DNA from: a bacterium
GTDB lineage: Bacteria > UBP6 > UBA1177 > JAKLFG01
Direction of reading: 5' to 3'
Length of the DNA: 64,000 nt
NCBI GenBank assembly: GCA_022711315.1
Contig: JAKLFG010000006.1
Coordinates: 3,726 to 67,725, forward strand
Positions 33,667 to 42,475 of this stretch are shown one piece after another. Position 1 is the first letter of the stretch, and every line of letters starts with the position of its first letter. Under the pieces are notes generated by a model. It saw only the letters and a list, made by a program, of their open reading frames with translations, did not search any database and was not told the DNA's origin. A program made the position numbers and the translations under genes.

Positions 33667-36600
33667 ATGTCCGCGAAGTTCAGATACCTGTTGCCGGTGC
33701 TTCTGGTCTCGTCTTTTCTGTGCGCCGCTCCCACGATAGCCGTACTTCCCATCGGTGCCAACAGCGACGCGAAAGAGGATGCGGCCGGCGAAGTGTTCAA
33801 AAAAGCGAAACCCGCGCTTTCCTCCGTCAAGGGGCTTGCGATCGACGCACTCTCTAAACAGGAGAAGCGCGCTGTTCTCGACTGTGAGGGAGAGGTCTCG
33901 TGCATGCATCGCGCCGTCAGGCAGAATGGTAGCGATTACTACATCATCCCGGTGGTCGCCCGTTACAACGAGGACGATGATGAGGTCACCATAGAACTTT
34001 ATTTCTACAACGGCAACGAGTCGGTCAAGGACTCGGAGCGCATCGGGCCCGCGACGCCTAAGAAGGCGGCGAAACTGTTCTCCTCCGTGATCGAGAATTT
34101 CGTTGCGAAAGCGATAAAGCGCGAATCGCGCCTGAAGGAGAAAGAAGAGTCGACGGCGAAGAAAAGCAAAAAGTACCAGAGCGGAAGCGAGGAGATAGAG
34201 GCGCTGGTCGCCGATGCGGAGCGGGAACAGGAAGAGGAGACGCCCAAGGACCATGCCGCGAAAGGATACCGCGCCTATCGGGAAGGTGACCTTAAGGCGG
34301 CCGAACAGTATTTCGAACGGGCCGGCAAGAAGAATGTGAAGGCAAAGAAGATCGCCGAAGCGATCCGCGATATCGCGAAAAAGAAACGCGATGCCGATGC
34401 CTTTGTGGAGCAGAAGCGTTTCGATGACGCCATCCGTGTCATCGAGGAGATAGAGAAAAAAGATCTCGGCATTCGCACGCTGGGGCATCAGGAAGGTGTG
34501 TTCAGCACCGAGAAGCGCTCCCGCGTTCTGTATGAGGATCCTTCCCGTAGCGACATGGAGAAGGTCGAAAAGATACATCAGAAGTTCGTCAAGAAGATCG
34601 CCGAGGCTCGGCAGGCGAAACTGCAGAAGGTCGCCGAGGTCGAGAAGGCGCTGAACGAAAAGATCCTCGTCCGCGAGAAGAAGATCGCGCAGTTCGTTGA
34701 AGAGGACAAACAACAGGACCTGAAGGAAAAGGAGACCGAGGCGGCGCTGAAGAAACGCATCGGCGATCTCCGATACAAATGGGAGAAGGAGGACAGCGAA
34801 CTCGAGCAGCAGATCGTTGCGCTGGAAAGCAAACTGACCATGCTCGAGCAGAAGGAGAAGGGCGTCATCAAGGTGTCGACCGAAAAGCGCGACAAGGAGA
34901 AAGCGGACGAATTCGCGGCGGTCGACAAGAAGTACAAGGAGGACCGTAAGAAACTGGACGCCGAACGGGAAGTGTTCTTCAACAAACAGAAAGAGGATCT
35001 GGGTAAGGGGGGCGACAAGATCGAAAAGGAGGTGGCCGCCCTTTCCAAGCAGAAGAAAGAGAAAGAGGACAAGATCGTTGAGATAGATAAGAAGATACAG
35101 GACGCGATCGATGAGTTCGATAAGACCGACAAATCCAAACAGGGGGAGAACGAATCGGTCAAGATGAAGAACGAGGATGATGACCGCAAATTCCTCGTCG
35201 ATGTCGAAAAGGAGTACCAGAAGAAATTCGACGAACTCAACCAGCGCCTGTCGGAATTCGATTCGAAGGAAAGCCTCAAAAAAGAGGATCTCACGAAGTT
35301 CGACAAGGAGATAGAAGAATATATGTCGAAGAACGCCGAAGAGATGGGGAAGATACAGGAGGCGTTGGAAAAAGAGAGGACCGATCTGGAGAAGGCCTAC
35401 AACGAAAAGAAGGCCGCGGCTCAGACCGATTTTGATACCAAGTACAAGGCGAAACTCGACGAACTTACCGCCAAAAAGACCGATATCGATGCGAAGATCG
35501 CGTCCTGGGACGCCGACACCGATAAGATGAAACAGGAAAAAGAAGCGGCCCTTACCGCCGAGAACAAAGCGGGAGACGCGAAGAAGGAACTGGCCAAGAT
35601 AGACAAGGATCGCAAGGCCGAGAAGGCGAAACTGGAAAAGGAACAGAAGAAGGTGACGGGCGATCTGGCGGCCCACGAAAAAGGGAAGGAAGAAGCGCAG
35701 ATGAACGCTATCATGGCGATCGACATGGAGTTCGAGGCGAAATTCGCGGACATTGACACCCGGCAGGTCAAGGACAACGACCGGCTCAATAAACTCAACA
35801 ATGATTTCCGTAAAAAGAAACTCGAGGAGAAAAAAAGATACGAAGAGAGTTTCCAGCGGTTCCTTAAGGACAAGGACGCCTACCGCAAGAACATCGAGAA
35901 ACTCATAGAGTCCGCCCAGAAGGAGCGCGATGCGAAGATCGCGAAACGGAAAGAGGACCGCGAAAGACTTGCGCAGGGATGGTCCGGTGATCGCGAGAAG
36001 GCGAAGCAGGCGCTCGACCGGAAGTTGGACCCCGACCGCAAGATGAAGGAACGCCTCGCCAAGGAGATCGAAGATATCACGATGAAGATCGAACAGGTCA
36101 ACGCGAAATGGGCGAAGGACCAGGAGGACCTGCGCGTAAAACAGCAGGAGGCGGCCGACAAGTTCACCGCCAACTGGAAGGAGCGCAGTGAGGCGCTGGA
36201 GAAGGGCTATGCTGAAAACAAAGAGGCGGTCGTCAAGAAATACGAGAAGATAGAGACCGACGAGAAGAACGCGAACAAAGACATGAAGACGAAGGTGGAG
36301 CAGGACATAGATGCGCTCCTGAAGGAGAAGAATCGTCGCAAGGAAAATCGCCAGACCCAGCTCAATACCGAAAAGAACACCTGGGAGGATCAGAAGAAGA
36401 AATGGGCCGCCGACAAGGAACAGCGTAAGATCGATCTTGACAAGTTCAAGGTGACCTCGGATGAGGAGATCAAGGCGGAAAGGAACCGTATCATCGAGAA
36501 GAAGAGGGATATAGAGAAGAAGTACGAAGAGACCATCAAGGCCATCAACGACGAAGAGACATCCCAGATACAGGCGCAGTTCAAGGATGTGTCGAAAGAG

Positions 36601-36945
36601 GTCTCAAAACTGGAGGTGACCCCGTCGAAAATGACTATCGACATCGAGGCGATGAAGGCGGATACCCTCGCGCGCCAAGGCCTCCTGTATCTTCAAAAGG
36701 AGGATCTTATCGCGTCGCGTCGTGCCTTTGTCAACGCCCTCTATCTGGATCGTGAGAGCCGGACGGCCATCGACGGCCTCAAGGCGATAGAGACCACGGC
36801 GAAATCGATGTACTGGAAAGCGTACGGGCTCCGCGACACCAACAAGAAGGACGCCCAGAAGATACTGGAGACCCTGATAAAGACCCTGATGCCGAGCAGT
36901 GAATATTTCATAAAGGCGAAAACGGCTCTCGAGGAGATCAAGTAA
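33667..36945 (+). CDS. Exported 1092-aa Lys/Glu-rich long-helix (coiled-coil or single-alpha-helix) protein with C-terminal TPR-like domain
   Basis: GAGGGAG SD. Signal peptide MSAKFRYLLPVLLVSSFLCAAP. N-domain IAVLPIGANS... About 800 aa dominated by K/E/D/R with almost no G/P. The C-terminus ...LQKEDLIASRRAFVNALYLDRESRTAIDGL... looks TPR-like. Confidence 0.75.
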   Translation: MSAKFRYLLPVLLVSSFLCAAPTIAVLPIGANSDAKEDAAGEVFKKAKPALSSVKGLAIDALSKQEKRAVLDCEGEVSCMHRAVRQNGSDYYIIPVVARYNEDDDEVTIELYFYNGNESVKDSERIGPATPKKAAKLFSSVIENFVAKAIKRESRLKEKEESTAKKSKKYQSGSEEIEALVADAEREQEEETPKDHAAKGYRAYREGDLKAAEQYFERAGKKNVKAKKIAEAIRDIAKKKRDADAFVEQKRFDDAIRVIEEIEKKDLGIRTLGHQEGVFSTEKRSRVLYEDPSRSDMEKVEKIHQKFVKKIAEARQAKLQKVAEVEKALNEKILVREKKIAQFVEEDKQQDLKEKETEAALKKRIGDLRYKWEKEDSELEQQIVALESKLTMLEQKEKGVIKVSTEKRDKEKADEFAAVDKKYKEDRKKLDAEREVFFNKQKEDLGKGGDKIEKEVAALSKQKKEKEDKIVEIDKKIQDAIDEFDKTDKSKQGENESVKMKNEDDDRKFLVDVEKEYQKKFDELNQRLSEFDSKESLKKEDLTKFDKEIEEYMSKNAEEMGKIQEALEKERTDLEKAYNEKKAAAQTDFDTKYKAKLDELTAKKTDIDAKIASWDADTDKMKQEKEAALTAENKAGDAKKELAKIDKDRKAEKAKLEKEQKKVTGDLAAHEKGKEEAQMNAIMAIDMEFEAKFADIDTRQVKDNDRLNKLNNDFRKKKLEEKKRYEESFQRFLKDKDAYRKNIEKLIESAQKERDAKIAKRKEDRERLAQGWSGDREKAKQALDRKLDPDRKMKERLAKEIEDITMKIEQVNAKWAKDQEDLRVKQQEAADKFTANWKERSEALEKGYAENKEAVVKKYEKIETDEKNANKDMKTKVEQDIDALLKEKNRRKENRQTQLNTEKNTWEDQKKKWAADKEQRKIDLDKFKVTSDEEIKAERNRIIEKKRDIEKKYEETIKAINDEETSQIQAQFKDVSKEVSKLEVTPSKMTIDIEAMKADTLARQGLLYLQKEDLIASRRAFVNALYLDRESRTAIDGLKAIETTAKSMYWKAYGLRDTNKKDAQKILETLIKTLMPSSEYFIKAKTALEEIK

Positions 36946-36972
36946 CCCGGTAACCAAGAAATGGAGGAACCC

Positions 36973-37158
36973 ATGGTGTGCTGCAAAAAGGCTCCCAAGA
37001 AGACGGCGAAGAAGGTCGTTAAGAAGGCGGTGAAGAAGGTCGTCAAGAAAGTGGCGAAGAAGCCGGCGAAGAAGGTCGTCAAGAAAGTGGCGAAGAAGCC
37101 GGTGAAGAAGGTCGCCAAGAAAGTGGCGAAGAAAACCGTCAAGAAAGCCAAGAAGTAG
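36973..37158 (+). CDS. Histone H1/Hc1-like lysine-rich repeat protein (61 aa; 65 aa if ATG 36961)
   Basis: MVCCKKAPKKTAKKVVKKAVKKVVKKVAKKPAKK... GGAGGA SD sits 4-5 nt before ATG 36973. Terminator-like hairpin follows. Confidence 0.6.
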   Translation: MVCCKKAPKKTAKKVVKKAVKKVVKKVAKKPAKKVVKKVAKKPVKKVAKKVAKKTVKKAKK

Positions 37159-37187
37159 TCTCCCGATCCCCGCTACATTATCTTTGG

Positions 37188-37216
37188 GACGCCTCTTTTG
37201 CGGGGCGTTCTTTTGT
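37188..37216 (+). terminator. Probable Rho-independent terminator
   Basis: GACGCC...GGCGTT stem (one G-U pair) followed by CTTTTGTCTT. Weak. Confidence 0.4.
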
Positions 37217-37226
37217 CTTGAAAGAT

Positions 37227-38627
37227 TCAGAAGGTAAGTTTTACATTACCCATGATGGTGTTGCCGGTCATGGATCTTCTTTCGGCGACGCCGGCGAGTT
37301 TGATGTCATGTGTCTGCATCTGTATCCACTGAAAGCCGAGGGTGAGGCGCTCGAAGAAGGTGTAAAAGGCGGAGACCCAGAGCGCATCGTTGTTGAAATA
37401 AAGAGGCGCGGCCCCCGATTGCTTTTCATCAGGGTCCTCCGAACTGTAGCCGACATGCAGGGCGAGTTCCTTCAGCGGCTTCATGGTGAGTTGCGCCCAC
37501 CAGCCCAGAGCGCGTTGACTGCCGGTGACGCGGCGGGTCGTCGCGTCGATGTCCTCAGTGATGATCGAACCGCCGAACACGCCGAAGGTGTCGAGATTCT
37601 GTCCCCAGAAGAATTTCCCCGCCACCTCCGCGTACTGGTGTGACAGTTTCAGCGAGGAGACGACGAGTCCGACATCGGCCATGCCGCCGGTATACCGGAT
37701 GTCTTTCTTGTTGAGATAGACCCCGCCTTTGTAGTTCTCGCGGCCCCACACACCGCCGACGGCGAAGAGCAGGTCGATATCGGAGAAGCGTCCGCTCAGG
37801 GAGAGTTGTCCGTGCAGTTGCGGGATGTGCGATGCGTCGCCGGCGTCGATATTAACCTCGAGGAACGAGTTGCGGTTCGCCGACGCGCCGGTCATGGCGC
37901 GCGCCGCAGCGATCTGTGCGGTGAAGGCGAAGGTCTCGGCGAATCGTTGGGTGAAATATATCTCGGCGAGCGGCATCCGTTGCCAGAGGTTCCCGATGCC
38001 CCAGCCGCAGGCGGGGTTGATGAGGGCGGGCCATACATTGGGAAGCGCCGTCGCCCAAGTTTGCCCCGCCTTGAAGCCGAGCGTCGAGTCGCCCCAGGTC
38101 TTGCTGAGATCCATGAGAGCGTGACGCAGGCGGATGCCGGGGTAACTTTCGGCATAGCCGGTGTCGGCCATGTTGGCGACGAAATCAATCTCCAGCGTCG
38201 CGGTCAGCGTGACCGCTTCAAGGCGCGGGAACAGTATCTTGGTCCCGAGCCGGGAGCCCTTGGCGGTGACGCCGGTGGTACTCTGCCCCCGGTCGGACAC
38301 ATAGAGCGGCAGATCGTTGCCGACGAAAAGAGAATCGTTCGCCCAGCCGATCATCTCGATGAAGCCGTAGGGCGCGAACGCTATCGGCTCTTTCTCCTTT
38401 TTCCCCGGTGAAGCGGGCTCAGGTCTCTTCGTGTCAAGGCCCTTGTTCTCTTCGACGAGTCGTCGCTGTTCTTCCTCGGTATCACGCATCTGCCGCTCGA
38501 TCGCCTGAAGGCGGTCTTCCAACGGTGCGGGCGGCGCGACCTTCGCGCGCGCCTCCTCCTGCGCCGGGAGGGTCTGATAGCCCCCCAATAGGATAAAGGC
38601 GAGGATGGCGGGTAACGATGTTCTCAT
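37227..38627 (-). CDS. Outer-membrane porin with N-terminal coiled coil (DcaP / OprO-P-like)
   Basis: 466 aa. Signal peptide. Coiled-coil segment LEDRLQAIERQMRDTEEEQRRLVEENK. Alternating beta-strand pattern. C-terminal ...GNVKLTF. Confidence 0.65.
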   Translation of the reverse strand: MRTSLPAILAFILLGGYQTLPAQEEARAKVAPPAPLEDRLQAIERQMRDTEEEQRRLVEENKGLDTKRPEPASPGKKEKEPIAFAPYGFIEMIGWANDSLFVGNDLPLYVSDRGQSTTGVTAKGSRLGTKILFPRLEAVTLTATLEIDFVANMADTGYAESYPGIRLRHALMDLSKTWGDSTLGFKAGQTWATALPNVWPALINPACGWGIGNLWQRMPLAEIYFTQRFAETFAFTAQIAAARAMTGASANRNSFLEVNIDAGDASHIPQLHGQLSLSGRFSDIDLLFAVGGVWGRENYKGGVYLNKKDIRYTGGMADVGLVVSSLKLSHQYAEVAGKFFWGQNLDTFGVFGGSIITEDIDATTRRVTGSQRALGWWAQLTMKPLKELALHVGYSSEDPDEKQSGAAPLYFNNDALWVSAFYTFFERLTLGFQWIQMQTHDIKLAGVAERRSMTGNTIMGNVKLTF

Positions 38628-38660
38628 CTGAAGACCTCCTTGAAGACAACGGAACGGCCC

Positions 38661-38689
38661 ATGCTACAAAAAAGAAAAAGGCAAGTCAA
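38661..38689 (-). promoter_or_regulatory. Putative sigma70 promoter of the porin gene
   Basis: Minus strand reads TTGACT-N17-TAGCAT, about 30 nt upstream of ATG 38627 (AAGGAGG SD). Confidence 0.4.
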
Positions 38690-38803
38690 GAGCGGTGAAA
38701 AAAGCCACGGCGCCCGCCGTTTTGTTGACAAGGGGAAGCGGCCCGATATGCTCGATATACGGGTTTTCCGCCGAAAGACCGTTAGGGATATACCAAGAAG
38801 CAC

Positions 38804-39391
38804 ATGGTCACGGTTCCTGATGATCGACAACTGATACGGGACGCCAAGAACGGCGATATTCCTTCCTTCGAGACGCTCGTGCGTCGCCATCACCGCACGC
38901 TCTACCGGTTCGCCCTCGGCATAACGCATGGCGATGAACAGGAGGCGGCCGATATCCTGCAGGAGGGGCTCGTCAAGGCCTTCCTCAATATCGGCCGGTT
39001 CGAGGAGCGTTCGAGTTTCTCCTCGTGGCTTTGGCGCATCATCCGTAATGAATTCCTTGACCGCTTACGGCGCGAACGGATCGAGACGGTCCCGCTTGAA
39101 GAGGGAGAAGGACCGGCGGGAGGCGCCCCGCAGGATACCCCCGAAAGCGACCTCGTGAACGAGGAACGGCGCCGGGCGCTTCTCCGTCTGGTCGCCGCGC
39201 TCCCCGAAAAGTATTCGGAGATAGTGATACTTGTCGAACTCATGGAACTTTCCTACGAGGATGCGGCGGACTATCTGGGTATCCCGGTCGGATCGGTCCG
39301 GAGCCGTCTGTCGCGGGCGCGGGAACGATTGACCGGACTGGTCGAGAAAAATATGGAACTTTTCGGGGCGGACCCCCGTCACACGGGTTGA
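38804..39391 (+). CDS. ECF-type RNA polymerase sigma factor
   Basis: Region 2 (FETLVRRHHRTLYRFALGI...AADILQEGLVKAF...WLWRIIRNEFLDRLRR) and region 4 (LSYEDAADYLGIPVGSVRSRLSRARERL). Confidence 0.9.
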   Translation: MVTVPDDRQLIRDAKNGDIPSFETLVRRHHRTLYRFALGITHGDEQEAADILQEGLVKAFLNIGRFEERSSFSSWLWRIIRNEFLDRLRRERIETVPLEEGEGPAGGAPQDTPESDLVNEERRRALLRLVAALPEKYSEIVILVELMELSYEDAADYLGIPVGSVRSRLSRARERLTGLVEKNMELFGADPRHTG

Positions 39392-39402
39392 AGGAGGCCG
39401 GT

Positions 39403-40029
39403 ATGATAGACGAACGTAACAAACAGGCGGAACGACTCGTCACCGGTCTCCTTTCTTCATCGAGATTTCCCGACAAGGCGCTACCTGACGACTTCGAGCC
39501 AATGCTCCACCGCCGCATCGTGGAAGCGGCGGCGACCCGGCCGGAGCCGGTGCCCCGCTGGACGGCGTTCCTCCGTCCCGTCCTTGTCTCGGTCGCCTTC
39601 GTCGCCGTGTTCGCCGTCGGTATCTGGGTCGGCCGGTCGGCCCCGGAAAAGATCGAAGAAAGCAGACCGGTGGCACAACAAGTTGAGCCCCAGAGCCTTG
39701 CCCCGCAGACGGTGATCGCCAAGACGGTCGTGAAGCGCGGCGAGCCGGTCACCATCCGGTTGGTGTATGATTCCATAAAGGATATCGACGATGTCCGCTT
39801 CACCATCGTCCTTGACGATGGCGTCAAGTTCCGGTCGGGCGATCCGGAGATAGCCGCCACCGGAAAACTTGAATGGACCGGTGCCCTTGCCGCTGGTCGC
39901 AACGAGATACCGGTGGTCGTTTTTTCCGACGATGTCGGCGAACGGGTGATACGGGCCCATGCCCGTTTCAACGGAAGCGTTGTCGAGAATGTCATCACCC
40001 TTTTGGTGAAGGAGGAGACCCATGCGTAA
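39403..40029 (+). CDS. Putative anti-sigma factor (single-pass membrane protein)
   Basis: ATG 39403 behind AAGGAGG. Called from its position after the ECF sigma gene and one TM helix (VLVSVAFVAVFAVGIWVG). No zf-HC2 motif seen. Confidence 0.5.
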   Translation: MIDERNKQAERLVTGLLSSSRFPDKALPDDFEPMLHRRIVEAAATRPEPVPRWTAFLRPVLVSVAFVAVFAVGIWVGRSAPEKIEESRPVAQQVEPQSLAPQTVIAKTVVKRGEPVTIRLVYDSIKDIDDVRFTIVLDDGVKFRSGDPEIAATGKLEWTGALAAGRNEIPVVVFSDDVGERVIRAHARFNGSVVENVITLLVKEETHA

Positions 40030-40312
40030 CGCCTTGCTCGCGATACTGTTCCTTTCTCTCCTGCCTATCCTCCCGCTTGCGGCGCAGGAGGACCAACCGG
40101 TCAAGCCCTCCTCCGAGATCGAGCCGGGGAAGGACGCTCCCGGATGGGAGGCGCGTTTCAGAAAAGAGAAGGGTAAAGAGCATGCCGAAGAAAAGAAAGA
40201 ACGCCGCAAGGAGATGAAAAAGGAAAAGAAGAAAGAGCATAAGGAAGAAGATCGCGACCAGAAAAAAGAACAGCGTCACGAGCGGAAACGAGAACACTCT
40301 GAACATCGCTAG
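40022..40312 (+). CDS. Exported Lys/Glu-rich small protein (96 aa)
   Basis: Overlaps the anti-sigma stop by 8 nt. Signal peptide MRNALLAILFLSLLPILPLAAQ. The mature part ends ...KEKGKEHAEEKKERRKEMKKEKKKEHKEEDRDQKKEQRHERKREH. Confidence 0.6.
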   Translation: MRNALLAILFLSLLPILPLAAQEDQPVKPSSEIEPGKDAPGWEARFRKEKGKEHAEEKKERRKEMKKEKKKEHKEEDRDQKKEQRHERKREHSEHR

Positions 40313-40330
40313 GAAAAAGCAACACGCCTG

Positions 40331-41350
40331 ATGAGATCCCGCCTGTTCCTCATCGCCGCGACCACCGTGGCTTTTTCTTTTTTTGTCCATGCGGAGGTGA
40401 CCTTCGAAGGCGATATCGCGTTCGGTGGTTCCTACAACAGCAATATGGCGCTCCTCTCGCCCGAGGACCGCGTGACGATGGATGCGCGAAAGACGGGACT
40501 CGATGTCTTCTCGCTCGACCTCGATGCGTTCCTGACACTGATACCCGCCGACATCTTTTCTTTGGAATACACCCTTTTCGCGGTGGTCCCGCCCCATCCG
40601 GCGCACATATCCTATGCGTTCTTCAATCACTCGCTCGCGGCGCTCTTTGTCCATGAATTCGACGAGATCGATATCAGTTACGGGGTGGAATTGGGCCATC
40701 TGCTGGTCGGCTTCGAGAACCGGCTCCTTGAACCGCAGGTGTTGTTCGACCTTTTCTGGTACGCCCGAGAATCGCTATCCTATTATCTGAGCGGTTCCTT
40801 TTCCTATGCGGCAAGTCTGGATCGCGAGTATGCGTATCTTACCGCGCCCGGTTTTCGTTTCGAGAACGGCGTCTACATCTACCCGGTCAGCGGTGACCGT
40901 AGTTTTATCTCGGTCGGAGTGGGGGAGCGGATGTTCTTTTTCGGTGAGGACCATATCCTTTCGCCGGAGCCGCCCGCGTCGCCCGAACCCGAAGTGTGGG
41001 CTCGTCGCGATCTCTCGGAGACCTATCTGCGTCTAAAGGGTAAATACATCTATGAGGGCTTCAGCGCCGAGGCATCGGTGCGCTATGGCTTCATATGCTA
41101 TCTGGGGGCCGATCGGTGGCGGGGGACACCGGAACTGCCGCTGTCTACCGTCGAACACGAAAAGACCCGGATGGATCATGCTCTGCGTCTCAAGGCACTC
41201 CTAGAATATCGTTTCACCGAAGTGTTCTCCCTGCAGGCCTATTACCAATATCTGATGAATTTCTCCAACATGGGCAAGGATCCCGCCGACTACGAGAACG
41301 ATACCTTTGACCAGCACGCAACGGGCCTGATGCTCCGTTTCGTGTTCTAG
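40331..41350 (+). CDS. Putative outer-membrane beta-barrel protein
   Basis: Signal peptide ...FFVHA/EV. Alternating hydrophobic pattern. C-terminal ...GLMLRFVF (terminal Phe). Confidence 0.6.
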   Translation: MRSRLFLIAATTVAFSFFVHAEVTFEGDIAFGGSYNSNMALLSPEDRVTMDARKTGLDVFSLDLDAFLTLIPADIFSLEYTLFAVVPPHPAHISYAFFNHSLAALFVHEFDEIDISYGVELGHLLVGFENRLLEPQVLFDLFWYARESLSYYLSGSFSYAASLDREYAYLTAPGFRFENGVYIYPVSGDRSFISVGVGERMFFFGEDHILSPEPPASPEPEVWARRDLSETYLRLKGKYIYEGFSAEASVRYGFICYLGADRWRGTPELPLSTVEHEKTRMDHALRLKALLEYRFTEVFSLQAYYQYLMNFSNMGKDPADYENDTFDQHATGLMLRFVF

Positions 41351-41442
41351 CCGATCCCGCTTCGGAAAAAAACCTCTTGATTTCGGTGGAATGGGCGATA
41401 TACTGCCCGATGTCAGCATGGTTTGTTAGGAGGGAGGTCCTC

Positions 41443-42354
41443 ATGAGATGGTTCCTGTTCCCGCTTTGTCTTATCGTAGCGATCGCCTGTAGCGATAAGG
41501 TCGCCAAGATAACGCCGCAGGATGGTGACACGATCTGGTCGGATAGTGATCTGCTGGTCGACGGCGATGAACTGCTCGTCGACGGGCCGGTGAGCGACAC
41601 CGCTGGGCCCGATACCGATAAGGGCGTGACCGACGATGCCGTCGTTATTCCCGATGGCGACACGGTCGTCACCGATATCCCCGTTACGCCCGATGAGGCG
41701 ACCGACGACGATTCCCTGCTGTCCGATGATCCCGCGACGGATGATCCCGTGACGGATGACTTCGTCCCCGACAATGTGCAGCCGGACTCCGACACCGCGC
41801 CGTTCTGCGGTGACGGGATAAAGAACGGTATCGAGGCGTGTGACGACGGTCTTGCCAATAACGGCAAATATGGCTATTGCAACGCCATCTGCACCGGGCC
41901 CGGCCCGCACTGCGGCGACGGCAACGAGGATACCGGCTATGAAGAGTGCGACCATGGCGAGGAGAACAACGGCACCTACGGCTACTGCAAGGATGATTGC
42001 TCCGGTATGGGACCCTACTGCGGTGACGGCGTCACCCAAGACGATGAAGGGGAACTGTGCGATGACGGAGAACTGTTGAACGGCACCTACGACCATTGCA
42101 ATGATACCTGCTCGGGCGATGGTCCCTACTGTGGCGACGGCACGGTCGATACCGACAATGAGGAATGCGATAAGAACAAGGATCAGTATTGTGTGGGGAA
42201 GGAAGGCAGTTGCGGCGGTGGTGCACAGTACCGGCTCCGTGAATGCGATAACGATACCTGCACATGGACCGATTGGTCGAACTGCGGCTACAGCGACGGG
42301 CAGGATGCCGATCCCTATCCTCTCAATGACGGCGACTGCCCCGATCCCTGCTGA
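41443..42354 (+). CDS. Lipoprotein with Myxococcus cysteine-rich repeats (DUF4215-like)
   Basis: Trimmed to ATG 41443 (AGGAGGGAGG SD). VAIACSDK lipobox. Four repeats CGDG....(E/D)(E/A)CD.G..NNG.YG.C...C. Confidence 0.75.
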   Translation: MRWFLFPLCLIVAIACSDKVAKITPQDGDTIWSDSDLLVDGDELLVDGPVSDTAGPDTDKGVTDDAVVIPDGDTVVTDIPVTPDEATDDDSLLSDDPATDDPVTDDFVPDNVQPDSDTAPFCGDGIKNGIEACDDGLANNGKYGYCNAICTGPGPHCGDGNEDTGYEECDHGEENNGTYGYCKDDCSGMGPYCGDGVTQDDEGELCDDGELLNGTYDHCNDTCSGDGPYCGDGTVDTDNEECDKNKDQYCVGKEGSCGGGAQYRLRECDNDTCTWTDWSNCGYSDGQDADPYPLNDGDCPDPC

Positions 42355-42414
42355 TATCTCTCCCGTACACTTTTTTTACCCTTAACGCGCTGATAGGTGA
42401 GCCTGTCTTGTGAT

Positions 42415-42448
42415 AAAAAAAAAAGCGGGCGGGCCGGAAGGCCCGCCC
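42415..42448 (-). terminator. Strong Rho-independent terminator of the 2136-aa gene
   Basis: GGGCGGGCC-GGAA-GGCCCGCCC perfect 9-bp stem. On the minus strand it is followed by T10. Confidence 0.8.
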
Positions 42449-42475
42449 TATCTTGGGGGTGGGAGGGACAGATCC

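Noticed and set aside
33607-35676. 689-aa minus-strand ORF (also 34578-35306, 35421-35873 and others)
   Set aside because: It is antisense to the K/E-rich gene. GAA/AAG-rich sense codons give stop-free TTC/CTT frames (L/F-rich nonsense). There is no independent support.
36961-36972. ATG 36961 as the start of the H1-like gene (track ORF 36961-37158)
   Set aside because: The codons ATGGAGGAACCC themselves form the GGAGGA Shine-Dalgarno site for ATG 36973, and no SD precedes 36961. The shorter 61-aa form is preferred but the choice is not decisive.
38651-38676. GGAAC at 38651-38655 as an autoregulated ECF promoter of the sigma operon
   Set aside because: The sequence 16-17 nt downstream is AAGAA, not CGT. 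It also overlaps the divergent porin promoter region. The alternative TGAAAA-N16-CGTT (38696-38721) is kept only as a weak candidate.
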